A stretch of DNA of 64,000 nucleotides from Spirochaetia bacterium (GTDB lineage: Bacteria > Spirochaetota > Spirochaetia > SZUA-6 > Bin103): positions 1,088,001-1,152,000 of the forward strand of contig CBDBDQ010000005.1 of assembly GCA_965203905.1 (NCBI GenBank). Reading direction: 5' to 3'. The notes beneath the pieces are model-generated. The model was given only the letters and a program-made list of their open reading frames with translations. It was not told the origin of the DNA and did no database searches. How positions within the stretch are numbered: the stretch's first letter is position 1; each line of letters starts with the position of its first letter. The position numbers and the translations under genes are program-made. Of this stretch, positions 10,521 to 20,256 are shown piece by piece.

Positions 10521-11276
10521 TTACCCTACCCAAGGGTCCTCAGCAAAGACGATGGGTCTCGCATAGCTGCCAACACCGACGATGATGCCATCGACGGTGT
10601 CCAGACAACGCTCGACAAATCCCTTGGTCATGTAGAAAAACCAAGGCTGGTTATCTGACTCAGCGCGGGAGAAGTAACTTGCCCAACCATCTGAATCGAC
10701 GCGCTTGGCGAAACTGGCAAGGTCCGCGTCCGGCCACTCGAGGCCGAAGTGAAACATCTTGTTCCGATACGCAAAGAGAGCTGGCGCCGTCGTACCCAAG
10801 TCGTCGGGCACGTGACGCCTCAAGTCGATGTTGTCGGCGATCTGCAAAAATGCGTTGGCGATGCCGAACCTACGTCGGCTCTCTTTCCATATCTGCGCGT
10901 CCTTGAAGTAGGTGACGGTTTGGCAGAACAGGGACTCTATGAGTGGCGCGATCAGACCGACAGCCGCCATACTATGTGCAGCTTCGAGGAAAGTCCAGTC
11001 GTGCATCTGGGTGTCCCAGTGGTGATCCGCCCAATGTTGTGGGTAGCGGTGCCCGCGGATGTCGGCTTGGAGTTCACGGATCCGAGCCGCTGCTTGTTCT
11101 TCGGCATCTTGGTTGCGTTGCAGGACACTTCGGATTGCGACACACTGAGATTCGTAGTTCGGGGTTAGGATTGATAGCCCGATGTCTCGGTCGGTAACGG
11201 TATCGAACCCAACTCCAGCATATTCGCACAGGAACTCCAAATGCTCCCGTACTGACACTAGCTGTAGATCACTCAT
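10521..11276 (-). CDS. Hypothetical protein with HEPN-type RX4H motif
   Basis: Mostly helical protein with ALFAYRNKMFHFG (R-x4-H). Lower GC. The ORF is open from 11381. Confidence 0.6.
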   Translation of the reverse strand: MSDLQLVSVREHLEFLCEYAGVGFDTVTDRDIGLSILTPNYESQCVAIRSVLQRNQDAEEQAAARIRELQADIRGHRYPQHWADHHWDTQMHDWTFLEAAHSMAAVGLIAPLIESLFCQTVTYFKDAQIWKESRRRFGIANAFLQIADNIDLRRHVPDDLGTTAPALFAYRNKMFHFGLEWPDADLASFAKRVDSDGWASYFSRAESDNQPWFFYMTKGFVERCLDTVDGIIVGVGSYARPIVFAEDPWVG

Positions 11277-11951
11277 TTCCGATCGGATCGGCGGATAGTT
11301 GAAGAGTGGCGACGATAAACGATCTGCTTTCCCACGGGGACGCTCCTCTGCCGCTTGCCAAGCATGGGGGCAGTTCGCCACCCCAAAACGGTTGAGTTGT
11401 GCGACCGATTTCTTCGCATGCTGCCAACGGCCTGTGACAAGATGGGCCGTCCGCGATCAGTGGGTCGGTTTGTTCCATAATACACCGTGCCCTTTAGATC
11501 GCCTGCTGTACCACAGCCACACGCCATCACAATCCGACCTGATAGCTATCAGTCCCCAAGAAGCCACAGTCCAGACTACTCAGACCGCCCATTAAACTCT
11601 TGTTCACTCCACCAGCGTCCTTGTAGTAACAGCGAGTTCCCGTTCCTGACCCAGCGACAAGTCGGCAGCTCGCGGATCTACTTGGCATCGACCAGAGGTC
11701 GGCCGTGGAGGAATTCCGCCAAGATCAGACGAATGGGAAGTTCACGATGCTGATTCCCATCGGCTACCAATTTCTCGCGCGATCTTAGCACAGGACCATA
11801 GCACCTCACGCGAGTATAGTTCGTTGCGTCCGGTTCATCCCAAGATTGTTAAGCTGATCCCAGATTGCCGCAACTTTCAGCTGTGGCATGAAGCTCCGTC
11901 ACGTCGCCGTCCGACCGTCTGTCTTACTTCGACTCATAAAGCCGTCTATAG

Positions 11952-12565
11952 TCAACTTAGGTTCGTATTTTGAAACAGTGTCGCTCGCGAATGCCCGTCC
12001 GTCCTATTTTTCATTAACACGATTATCATTTGATCATCACCGGCAAGGACGATTTGATGATGATTCAGGAGTCTTATGATTTTGTTCATCCAATGTGGAG
12101 CATCTTGAAGGAATCGATGCGCGTCAGCAGCTTGCTGTGGAGAAAACGGATTACGTGTGTGTAGTAGCTTCGAGCAGTGGTCATATAGTGTCTTGAAGTT
12201 GTCGAGTGTGAGGAAGCCTCTCTCTATTTCCTTATTCTCAAAGTAGCCTTTCCGCACCTCATTTTGAATCGTAGGAACCGGATAGAATCCGGGATTTACT
12301 TCCTTAATTCGGTCCAGAATCTTTTTTGCTTGCCAGTGTGTGGCGAAATTCGCATGTTGTCGTCCATATTCGTCTTTATTAGCTATCAGTGAAGCGAGAG
12401 CGATGAGTTCAAGTATTTTCCGGATTGTAACGCAACGGACTCGGCAGTAGGCACATCGTACTTTGCGTTACAAAGACGACTAATGAAACATGTCACTACT
12501 TCTGTACGCTTTTTTATTTCTTCCATCTGGTCGCAATACAGGCGTAGGCTACGTTCGTCTGGCAT
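11952..12565 (-). pseudogene. Frameshifted low-GC helical protein, possibly HEPN-like
   Basis: MPDERSLRLYCDQMEEIKKR...ESVALQ continues after a 1-nt shift near 12423 as RKILELIALASLIANKDEY...NPGFYPVP...LYDHCSKLLHTRNPF, joining the two listed ORFs. Confidence 0.65.
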
Positions 12566-12995
12566 CCGGGTGGATTTTCCTGCTACAATAATATGCAATC
12601 GCTCGTTCGGAGTCAAAGATTCCGATGTGTCCATTCCTTCTGGGTCGTCAGCCGTCGCTTGCTCAGTCCTTGTATTGACTACGTTGGCGTACACCATGGT
12701 GCCCAACGCTCACGCCCAGTAGGCAACGTGGTCAATAATGCGGATGAGTACGGATCAATTGACGGCCTCATCCTCGGTACATGACCTGTTTCCGGCCGCT
12801 TTGGCGTCTCGGGCGACTCTCGTGAGAGGAAGCGTTCCGTGACGCGCCCGGGAATGATCGCCAAAGTTGCGCCCGCGCTGACGCGCAATGAATTCCGCAG
12901 CTGGAGAGGAAGATCATCAAGCTTCGAGCGAGCCGGAGACCGAGCGCGCGGTGAGGGGAGTGGATCGTCCCTGCTGGCGTCGGCAGGACTATACA

Positions 12996-13890
12996 ATGGC
13001 ACGAACCGTTTCCGACGTCCGATCACGTCGCGCTGGAACTGGAATGCGTCGACCGCATGTACCTGAACGTCTACGTGCCGCTGTTGCAGCGCCCAGAGGG
13101 CGTGGCCCACTACCTGCGTGATGTGTGCGGCTACCAGGTGCCATCGTCGGCGCTGCTGGGGCCCGGACGCACGCCTTCGTGAGGGCCATCTAGTTCTGCT
13201 CCTATTTCGCGTTCAACGCCAAGCTGTGCCTCGACGGCCACGAGTACCTGAAGTGGCAGTTGGCCCGTCGTGGCATCGCCTTCGAGGCACTGGACAACGG
13301 CATCCTCGGTTGTGCCGACCCACAGCTCATGCAGGCGCTGGCTGACGGGCTCAGCGCCGCGCGTATCGACAGATTGCTGCGCAAGTGCCCGCCTGCCCCA
13401 TCCGTACAGCGCCGCCGGCCGGCCCGCCGGCATCGGCTACGAGTTGTCGATCCTGCAGGCCGAGTTTCGCGCTCACCCAGGTGCTCGACCACCGCTGCAC
13501 GGTCGTGCGTTCTTCGAGGGACGTGATCCGTGAATCTGGACCTGGGGCGTCCCGACCAGGTGCGGTTGATCTTGGAGGCGTCGCTGCACGTCGATTACAA
13601 GCACTCGCGCATCAAGCAGTATCAAAAGGAAGGGTGTGCGCTCCGCACCGAGACGGCTATCAACGATAGCAACGACTTCGGCATCGGCTGACGGCTGAGC
13701 AACTTCGATCAGCTCAGAGGACTGGGGTTTCCACCAACCGACGCCTGTTGCGCGACCAACGCATCAGCCATAACTGCCAGATCGGAGACGCTGCCTTTGA
13801 TGTTCTGCAGCAGTCGCGGGTGGCAGCCGCCAGCGACCAGCGCACTGCTGGCCTGCGCCTCGGCTGCGCACGGGTGCAAGCGTTGCTAAA
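12996..13890 (+). mobile_element. Degenerate transposase-like gene (multiple frameshifts, stops and deletions)
   Basis: Fragments in alternating frames: DHVALELECVDRMYLNVYVPLLQ, AKLCLDGHEYLKWQLARRGIAFEALDNG, YELSILQAEF, DLGRPDQV, SLHVDYKHSRIKQY..ALRTETAIND..DFGIG. I recall this pattern from a widespread multicopy IS-like family; family name not assigned. Confidence 0.6.
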
Positions 13891-13940
13891 GCGCGAGCTG
13901 CCACCGCTAGTCGTAACGTGCAAGCGGTACGTGCTTGGCA

Positions 13941-14672
13941 TTAGGTCGACCGGGCGCCAGGACTGCCCATCCACCAGCGGACAGCCGCGGCGCGGCGCGC
14001 CGGGACCTGGACGATGCGGTCTTCCTCCAGCAGGTAGGCGCTGAGGTGGCCGCCGAAGACGCACGCGCTGTCGAGGCCGACCAGGTAGGGGCGGGCATCG
14101 GGGCCGGCGCCGGGCGGACGCTTTACCACCAGGCCGCCGGGGGCGTCATGGCCGAACACGATCAGCTTGCCGCCGGGGGCCACGTGGTCGTGCCAGCGCG
14201 GGCCCTCGATTCCGCCGACCGGCGGCCAGGTGCGGATGGCGACCAGCTCGTCGGGGGTGCTGCCGGCCAGGCCGGCCTCGGGGTTGATGCCGGCGTGAAC
14301 GAGCAGGAAGCGCGGCTCGTCGATCGCCAGCGGCAGCCCTTCCAGCCAGGCGGTAAGCTCGGCGGCGTGCGGAAGCAGATCGCGCAACCGCGGCCCGCGG
14401 GACTGCTTCAGCGCATCCGGGGAGCCGCCGGCGACGATGGCCTGCAGTTGCGGCAGCAGCCAGGTCTCGTGGTTGCCGAGCACCATCTCGGCGCCGGTGG
14501 CGCGGATCGCCAGCCACACGCCGAGCGGATCGGGGCCGCGGGTGAAGGCGTCGCCGGTCAGCAGCAGGCGGTCGCGGCCTGGCGCGAACCCGACCGCCTT
14601 GAGCAGAGCCTCGAACTCGGCGCAGCAGCCGTGGATGTCGCCGACGAAGATGGTACGCGCGGGTGGGGCCAT
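13941..14672 (-). CDS. Metallophosphoesterase (ApaH/PrpA-like), thr-operon copy
   Basis: GDIHG, GNHE, HAG and FGHD motifs. Directly downstream of intact thrC. Confidence 0.85.
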   Translation of the reverse strand: MAPPARTIFVGDIHGCCAEFEALLKAVGFAPGRDRLLLTGDAFTRGPDPLGVWLAIRATGAEMVLGNHETWLLPQLQAIVAGGSPDALKQSRGPRLRDLLPHAAELTAWLEGLPLAIDEPRFLLVHAGINPEAGLAGSTPDELVAIRTWPPVGGIEGPRWHDHVAPGGKLIVFGHDAPGGLVVKRPPGAGPDARPYLVGLDSACVFGGHLSAYLLEEDRIVQVPARRAAAVRWWMGSPGARST

Positions 14673-15569
14673 GGAATCGGCTGCGACTTGGCCGGCGACT
14701 ACCGGCCGCGTGAGCCGGCCGCGGTCTGCGCCAGGATGAAGGCGCGTAGGGCCGGCAAGCTGGGCTCCAGGGGCGTGGCCTGCTTGGGGCGCTCCAGCAG
14801 CTCCTGCAGCGGCGCCGGCACCGGCGGCACCACGCCGGTGGCACGCTGCACGGTCTCCGGGAACTTGCCGGCATCGGCGGTGGCGAGCACCACCACGGGC
14901 GAGCCCGGGGCCCCGAACACGGCGCCCTGCTCGCGCAGTCGCCGGGCGGCGGCGACCCCGACCGCGGTGTGCGGGTCGATCAGCCGGCCATCCCGGTCAT
15001 GGACCTGGCGCATGGTGGCCAGGGTCTCGTCCTCGCCGATCGCACAGCCCTTGAGGTGGGCGCTGACGGCGGCGTGATCGTGGTTCCAGCGCGCCAGGAT
15101 GCGCTCGAAGTTGGAGGGGTTGCCCACGTCCATGGCGTTGGACAGGGTGGCGACGCTGGCGCGAGGGTCCAGGGCGCCGGTGTCGAGGTAGTTCGGGACC
15201 ACGTCGTTGCGGTTGGTTGCGGCCCAGAAGCCCGCCACCGGCAGTCCCCACTGGGCCGCATACACGCCGGCGGTCAGGTTGCCGAAGTTGCCGCTCGGGA
15301 CGCAGAACAGCGGCGTGCCGGCGGCGCGCAGGCGCAGGCCGGCGAAGATGTAGTAGAACGCCTGCGGCAGCAGCCGCCCGAGGCTGATCGAGTTGGCCGG
15401 GCACAGGCGCGCCGCGGCGACCAGCTCGCGGTCGATCAGCGCCTGCTTCACCAGCCGCTGGCAGTCGTCGAACGAGCCGGCGATCTCGACCGCGTGGATG
15501 TTGTCGCCGAGGGCGGTGAGCTGCTGCTCCTGCAGGCGGCTGATGCGCCCGGAGGGGTAGAGCAGCACC
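13971..15569. repeat. Direct repeat, copy B (native locus)
   Basis: Aligns to 8816..10413. Confidence 0.95.
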
Positions 15570-16066
15570 ACCTCGACACCGCCGCGACGCCAGAACGCGC
15601 GCGCCACCGCGCCGCCGGTGTCGCCGGAGGTGGCGACCAGCACCACCACGGGAGCGCCGTCCGGCTCGCTGGCGAGCCGGCGCTCCAGAATCGTGGCCAG
15701 GAACGAGGCGCCGAAATCCTTGAACGCGCTGGTGGGGCCGTGATACAGCTCCAGCAGGGCAATGCCATCGTCCAGCCAGCTCAGCGCCGGGGCAAAGGGA
15801 AAGGCAGTCGCGGCCACCTCGCGAGCCGCGGCCCGCGCGTTGCCGCCCGCGCCGCCGGCAGCCAGCTCGTCGGCCAGCAGCGCTTCGGTCATTGCCCCCG
15901 CGAGCTCCACGAACGGGGCGTCGCCGGGCAGGCCGGCGATGACGTCGCCCAGCTCGGGCGCGGGACACGGCTGGTAGAGGCCGCCTCCGGGCGGCAACCC
16001 GGCCAGCAGCGACTCGCCGAACGACAGCCGTATGGCGGGATCGCGCGTGGAGCAGACGGTCAACAT
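14699..16066 (-). CDS. thrC: Threonine synthase
   Basis: LELYHGPTSAFKDFG, ATSGDTG, VPSGNFGN and DPHTAV motifs. Confidence 0.95.
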   Translation of the reverse strand: MLTVCSTRDPAIRLSFGESLLAGLPPGGGLYQPCPAPELGDVIAGLPGDAPFVELAGAMTEALLADELAAGGAGGNARAAAREVAATAFPFAPALSWLDDGIALLELYHGPTSAFKDFGASFLATILERRLASEPDGAPVVVLVATSGDTGGAVARAFWRRGGVEVVLLYPSGRISRLQEQQLTALGDNIHAVEIAGSFDDCQRLVKQALIDRELVAAARLCPANSISLGRLLPQAFYYIFAGLRLRAAGTPLFCVPSGNFGNLTAGVYAAQWGLPVAGFWAATNRNDVVPNYLDTGALDPRASVATLSNAMDVGNPSNFERILARWNHDHAAVSAHLKGCAIGEDETLATMRQVHDRDGRLIDPHTAVGVAAARRLREQGAVFGAPGSPVVVLATADAGKFPETVQRATGVVPPVPAPLQELLERPKQATPLEPSLPALRAFILAQTAAGSRGR

Positions 16067-17004
16067 TCGGCGACGATCCGCGGCCCGGCGCGGCCGATCT
16101 CCGACACGTAGGCGGCGGCGGTCAGCCCGGCGGCTGCAAACGCCTCCCGCATCCCCTCGGCCACGGAACCCGCCTGCGCCACGGAGGCGGCCAGGGCGAA
16201 CACCGCGGGACCGGCTCCGGATATGGAGCAGCCGATGGCGCCACCGTCCAGGGCGGCCTTCTTGACCGCCGCGAAACCGGGAATCAGGACCGCCCGCACC
16301 GGCTCGGCGATCAGGTCATCCAGCGAGCGGCCCATGAGCGCCAGGTCGCCGGCGTACAGCGATGCCACCAGGGCGGCGAGGTTGCCCCACTGCGAGACGG
16401 CGTCGGCCAGCGGGATCTGCTTGCGCAGGATGCGCCGCGCCGCCTCGGTGGGGATCTCCACGTCGGGGCTGAGCAGCGCCACCGCCAGGCCGTCCGGCAC
16501 CGGCAGGCGCACCAGGTCCAAAGGCGCGACGCTGCGGATCAGCACGAACCCGCCCATCAGGGCCGGCGCCGCGTTGTCCGCGTGTCCGGCACCGGCCGCG
16601 ACCTGCTCGGCGGCAAGGGCGCAGGGCAGCAGCTCCTTCGCCGCCAGCGGGTCGCCGGCCAACCGGTTGACGGCGGCCAGGGCCGCGGCGGCACTGGCCG
16701 CGGAGCTGCCGAGGCCGGAGGCCAGGGGCATACCCTTGTGCAGAACCAGGTCCACGCCGAACGGCTCGCCGAGCCGCTCCAGCAGCCTGCCGGCGGCCAC
16801 CACCGCGGTGTTGCTGTCGCCGCGCGGCAGGCGGCCGCCGTCGCCGTTGACCTCCAGCAGGGTGACCCCGCCACCCGCCCGCCGGCGCGCCTCCACGGTG
16901 TCTCCGGGCCGTTCCACGGCGAATCCCAGCACGTCGAACCCCGACCCCACGTTGGCGACCGTGGCCGGCGCAAAGGCGGTCACCCGCCGCGGCAAGGCGC
17001 TCAT
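16060..17004 (-). CDS. thrB: Homoserine kinase
   Basis: APATVANVGSGFDVLG, GHMP motif PLASGLGSSAAS, HADNAAP, SGAGP. Confidence 0.95.
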   Translation of the reverse strand: MSALPRRVTAFAPATVANVGSGFDVLGFAVERPGDTVEARRRAGGGVTLLEVNGDGGRLPRGDSNTAVVAAGRLLERLGEPFGVDLVLHKGMPLASGLGSSAASAAAALAAVNRLAGDPLAAKELLPCALAAEQVAAGAGHADNAAPALMGGFVLIRSVAPLDLVRLPVPDGLAVALLSPDVEIPTEAARRILRKQIPLADAVSQWGNLAALVASLYAGDLALMGRSLDDLIAEPVRAVLIPGFAAVKKAALDGGAIGCSISGAGPAVFALAASVAQAGSVAEGMREAFAAAGLTAAAYVSEIGRAGPRIVAEC

Positions 17005-18387
17005 CTACTTCAGGAACGCGCTGTGGATCACCTGCAGCGCGCGGCGTTCATCGGCGGCGGTCACGACCAGGGAAATGTTCCGCTCCGACGATCCCTGGGC
17101 GATGGCCAGCACGTTGATGCCGTGGGCTCCGAGGGCCCCAAACAACTTGCCGGCGATGCCGGGGGTACCGCGCATGTTCTCGCCGATGATGGCGACGATG
17201 GCGAGCGCGCGGCGCAGGTCGAAGGTGTCGATGCGCCTGGTTTCCAGCTCCAGCGCCAGCTCCGAGCGCAGCGCGGCCAGCGCGGCATCCGCCCCCGCGT
17301 CATCCAGCACCAGGCAGATGCTGTGCTCGGAGGAAGCCTGGGAGATCATCATCACGTTGACCTCGGCCCGCGCCAGCGCCCCCAGCACCCGCGCCGCGAT
17401 GCCGCGCATGCCCAGCATGCCGCCGCCCTCCACGTTGATCAGGGCGATGGAGTCGACCGACGCAATGCCGGTTATGGCGCGCTCGGAACCGCTGGACTGA
17501 TCGCTGACGCGGGTGCCCGGCTGCTGCGGCTGCAGGGTGTTCCTGATGCGGATCGGAATGGCGCGCTCCACCACCGGCACCATGGTGTAGGGATGGATCA
17601 CGCGCGCCCCGAAGTAGGACATCTCCATCGCTTCCTGGTAGCTGAGCTGGCCGATCACGAACGCCTCCGGCACGTAGCGCGGATCGGCGCTCATGACCCC
17701 GTCGACGTCGGTCCAGATCTCCAGCTCGTCGGCATCCAGCGCGGCGGCGATCAGCGACGCGGTATAGTCGGACCCGTCGCGACCGAGGGTGGTGGTGACG
17801 CCGTCCGCGGTAGCGCCGATGAAGCCGGGCACCACGCAGGCGATCCGCGCCAGCGGTTGCAACGCCGCGCGCACGCGGCCGTAGGTGGCGTCGAACTGCA
17901 CCGCGGCGCTGCCGTGGTGGGAGTCGGTGAGGATCAGCTCGCGCGCGTCGACCAGGCGGGTGTCCAGGTCCAGGTCGGCCAGCAGGCGGCTGGTGATGGT
18001 GGTCATCAGCCGTTCGCCGAAACTCATCACCAGGTCCAGGGTACGCGGCGAGCACTCGCGCAGCAGGTTCACGCCGTGCAGCACCTCGTCCAGCTCGGCG
18101 AGCAGAAGCTGCAGCCTGGTCAGGATCAGCGCCTGGCCGCGCGGCGGGCACAGGTCGCGCACCACCCCCACGTGGCGGGCGCGGAGTTCTTCCACCGCCG
18201 CGCGTGGATCTCCGCCGCCGGCCGCCTCCCGCGCCGCACCGATCAGCACGTCGGTGGTTCCACCCATGGCGGAGAACACCGCCACACCGCCCGCCTCCAG
18301 CCGCTGCCGGGCAATCTGCATGGCGCGCTGCAGCCGTTCGCTGTCCGCGAGCGAACTGCCGCCGAATTTCACTACTCTGCCGCTCAC
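17005..18387 (-). CDS. Aspartate kinase with two ACT domains (no homoserine dehydrogenase domain)
   Basis: VVKFGGSS, SAMGGTTD, TLGRDGSDYTA, WTDVDGV and two ACT repeats (SQASSE, AQGSSE). Start set at GTG 18387. Confidence 0.92.
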   Translation of the reverse strand: MSGRVVKFGGSSLADSERLQRAMQIARQRLEAGGVAVFSAMGGTTDVLIGAAREAAGGGDPRAAVEELRARHVGVVRDLCPPRGQALILTRLQLLLAELDEVLHGVNLLRECSPRTLDLVMSFGERLMTTITSRLLADLDLDTRLVDARELILTDSHHGSAAVQFDATYGRVRAALQPLARIACVVPGFIGATADGVTTTLGRDGSDYTASLIAAALDADELEIWTDVDGVMSADPRYVPEAFVIGQLSYQEAMEMSYFGARVIHPYTMVPVVERAIPIRIRNTLQPQQPGTRVSDQSSGSERAITGIASVDSIALINVEGGGMLGMRGIAARVLGALARAEVNVMMISQASSEHSICLVLDDAGADAALAALRSELALELETRRIDTFDLRRALAIVAIIGENMRGTPGIAGKLFGALGAHGINVLAIAQGSSERNISLVVTAADERRALQVIHSAFLK

Positions 18388-18491
18388 CGCCGTCCTGTGC
18401 CCCGCGAAGGTAACCATAGCGGCGGGGAAAGTCTTGCCGCCGCCGCGATCGCCGTTGCCGAAGGCGCGCACTTCGGGCGAGGCTGGGGCCG

Positions 18492-19535
18492 ATGGCTGCA
18501 ACCGATTCGGTCCTGACGCGACGCCTGCTGCAACAGATCGAGGCGACGGTGACGGCGACGCTGCCGAGCGCGCCGGCCGGGCGCGCCGCCGCCGCGGAAC
18601 TGGGCGAGGATCCGCAGTTGCCGGAGATCGAAGCGCCGGGACGCGACCTGCTGGAACGCGGCGGCAAGCGCTGGCGGCCATTGCTGCTGGCGCTGACCTG
18701 CCGCCTGTGCAACGGTCCCGAAGCGGCCGCGGTGGCGCTCGCTCCGCTGGTGGAGCTGGCGCACACCGGCAGCCTGATCATCGACGACATCGAAGATGGC
18801 GCCGACCTGCGCCGCGGCGCGCCGGCGGCCCACATCCGCCACGGTCTGGACCTCGCGATCAACGCGGGCAACCTGCTCTATTTCCTGCCGGAGACCAGTA
18901 TCGCGGCCGCACACCTGGATCCCGCGACCGAGCTGCAGGTGTACCGCCTCTACCTGCGCGCGATGCTGCGCCTGCACTACGGGCAGGGGCTGGACATCCT
19001 CTGGCACCGGGAGCCGGAGCGGGTCCCCGCGCCGGCCGAGTACTTCACCATGTGCCGCTGCAAGTCCGGCAGCCTGGCGGGGCTCGCCACCGGCCTCGGC
19101 GCCGTGCTCGCCGGCGCCCCCGCCGAACTCGCCGCGCTCCTGCGCCGGGCCGGGGAGGAGTTCGGAGTCTGCTTCCAGATCATCGACGACGTACGCAACC
19201 TGACCACCGGCAATCCCGGCAAGCGCCGCGGCGACGACCTGCTGGAGGGCAAGAAGAGTCTGCCGGTGATTCTCTACTGCAACCGTGACGCCGCTTCCCG
19301 CCGCCGCATGGTGGACCGCCTGGCCGCCTGCTCGACCGCGGGCGCGGGCGCGGGCGACGACGCGGTGGAAGAGACGATCGTGCTGCTCGAGCGCGCCGGA
19401 GCCATCGAGCAGGCCCGCAGCGAGGCGCGCAGCCGCTACGGGGAGGTCATGCGCGGCCTGGAGCGGGAGGCGAAGATCGCCGGCGCGGAGTCCTGGACGG
19501 CGCTGAAGGCGGTCACCGACGCGCTCATCGGCTGA
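18492..19535 (+). CDS. Polyprenyl diphosphate synthase (GGPP synthase-like)
   Basis: GGKRWRP, FARM DDIEDGADLRRG, GQGLD, FQIIDD and DDLLEGKKS. Confidence 0.9.
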   Translation: MAATDSVLTRRLLQQIEATVTATLPSAPAGRAAAAELGEDPQLPEIEAPGRDLLERGGKRWRPLLLALTCRLCNGPEAAAVALAPLVELAHTGSLIIDDIEDGADLRRGAPAAHIRHGLDLAINAGNLLYFLPETSIAAAHLDPATELQVYRLYLRAMLRLHYGQGLDILWHREPERVPAPAEYFTMCRCKSGSLAGLATGLGAVLAGAPAELAALLRRAGEEFGVCFQIIDDVRNLTTGNPGKRRGDDLLEGKKSLPVILYCNRDAASRRRMVDRLAACSTAGAGAGDDAVEETIVLLERAGAIEQARSEARSRYGEVMRGLEREAKIAGAESWTALKAVTDALIG

Positions 19536-19587
19536 TGCGCACCGCGGCGGCGAGCCCGGGAAGCACCACGCGACGCCGCTCGGACGC

Positions 19588-20256
19588 GTGCCGTTTGCCT
19601 CCGCGGCGAGCCGGCTGGTACCTTCTGTCAACATGAGGAGCGGCCGGCGCCAACTCCTGGCCTACCGTTACTACAACGCCACCATGGCACTCATCATAGC
19701 CAACGTGGCGGTGTTCCTGCTGGAGTTCACCAGCCGCAGCGTGATCCGCGATTTCGCGCTGATTCCCCCGGAGGCGGTCAGCGGGCGCTGGTGGACCCTC
19801 GTCACCTACATGTTCCTGCACTCCACCGGTTCGCTGTACCACATCATCTTCAACATGCTCGGGCTGATGTGGTTCGGCACCCCCGTGGAACGCCACATCG
19901 GCAGCCACGAGTTCCTCGCCCTCTACCTCGTCTGCGGGGTGGCGGCCGGCCTCTTCGCCATGCTGTTCTCGATCGATCGGGCGGTGGCCATCATCGGTGC
20001 CTCCGGCGCCCTGTTCGCGGTCATGCTCACCTTTGCCACGCTGTATCCCGACTCGGTGATCTATGCGTTCTGGTTCGTGCCCATGCGGGCTCCGCTGGCG
20101 GTGCTGATTTTCGCCGGCATCGCGGTATTCGGAACCATGACCGGGTTCTCTCCCGGCGTTTCCCACCTGACTCATCTCGGCGGCCTGATCGCCGGCTTTC
20201 TGTACGTGTTGCTGCGTCTCGGCAGGAACCCCCTCGATGCATTCTTCCGGCGTTGA
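19588..20256 (+). CDS. Rhomboid intramembrane serine protease
   Basis: HIIFNM, GASG catalytic serine, HLTHLGG and hydrophobic helices. Confidence 0.9.
   Translation: MPFASAASRLVPSVNMRSGRRQLLAYRYYNATMALIIANVAVFLLEFTSRSVIRDFALIPPEAVSGRWWTLVTYMFLHSTGSLYHIIFNMLGLMWFGTPVERHIGSHEFLALYLVCGVAAGLFAMLFSIDRAVAIIGASGALFAVMLTFATLYPDSVIYAFWFVPMRAPLAVLIFAGIAVFGTMTGFSPGVSHLTHLGGLIAGFLYVLLRLGRNPLDAFFRR

Noticed and set aside
11400-11950. Possible ncRNA or gene in the AT-richer gap
   Set aside because: Only short motif-less ORFs and no convincing structure by eye; cannot be supported without a search.
17005-18681. Long N-terminal extensions on aspartate kinase, ClpP, the HD protein, AroK, PTS EIIA and the ABC binding protein
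   Set aside because: The extensions overlap neighbouring genes and better starts exist next to the conserved domains.
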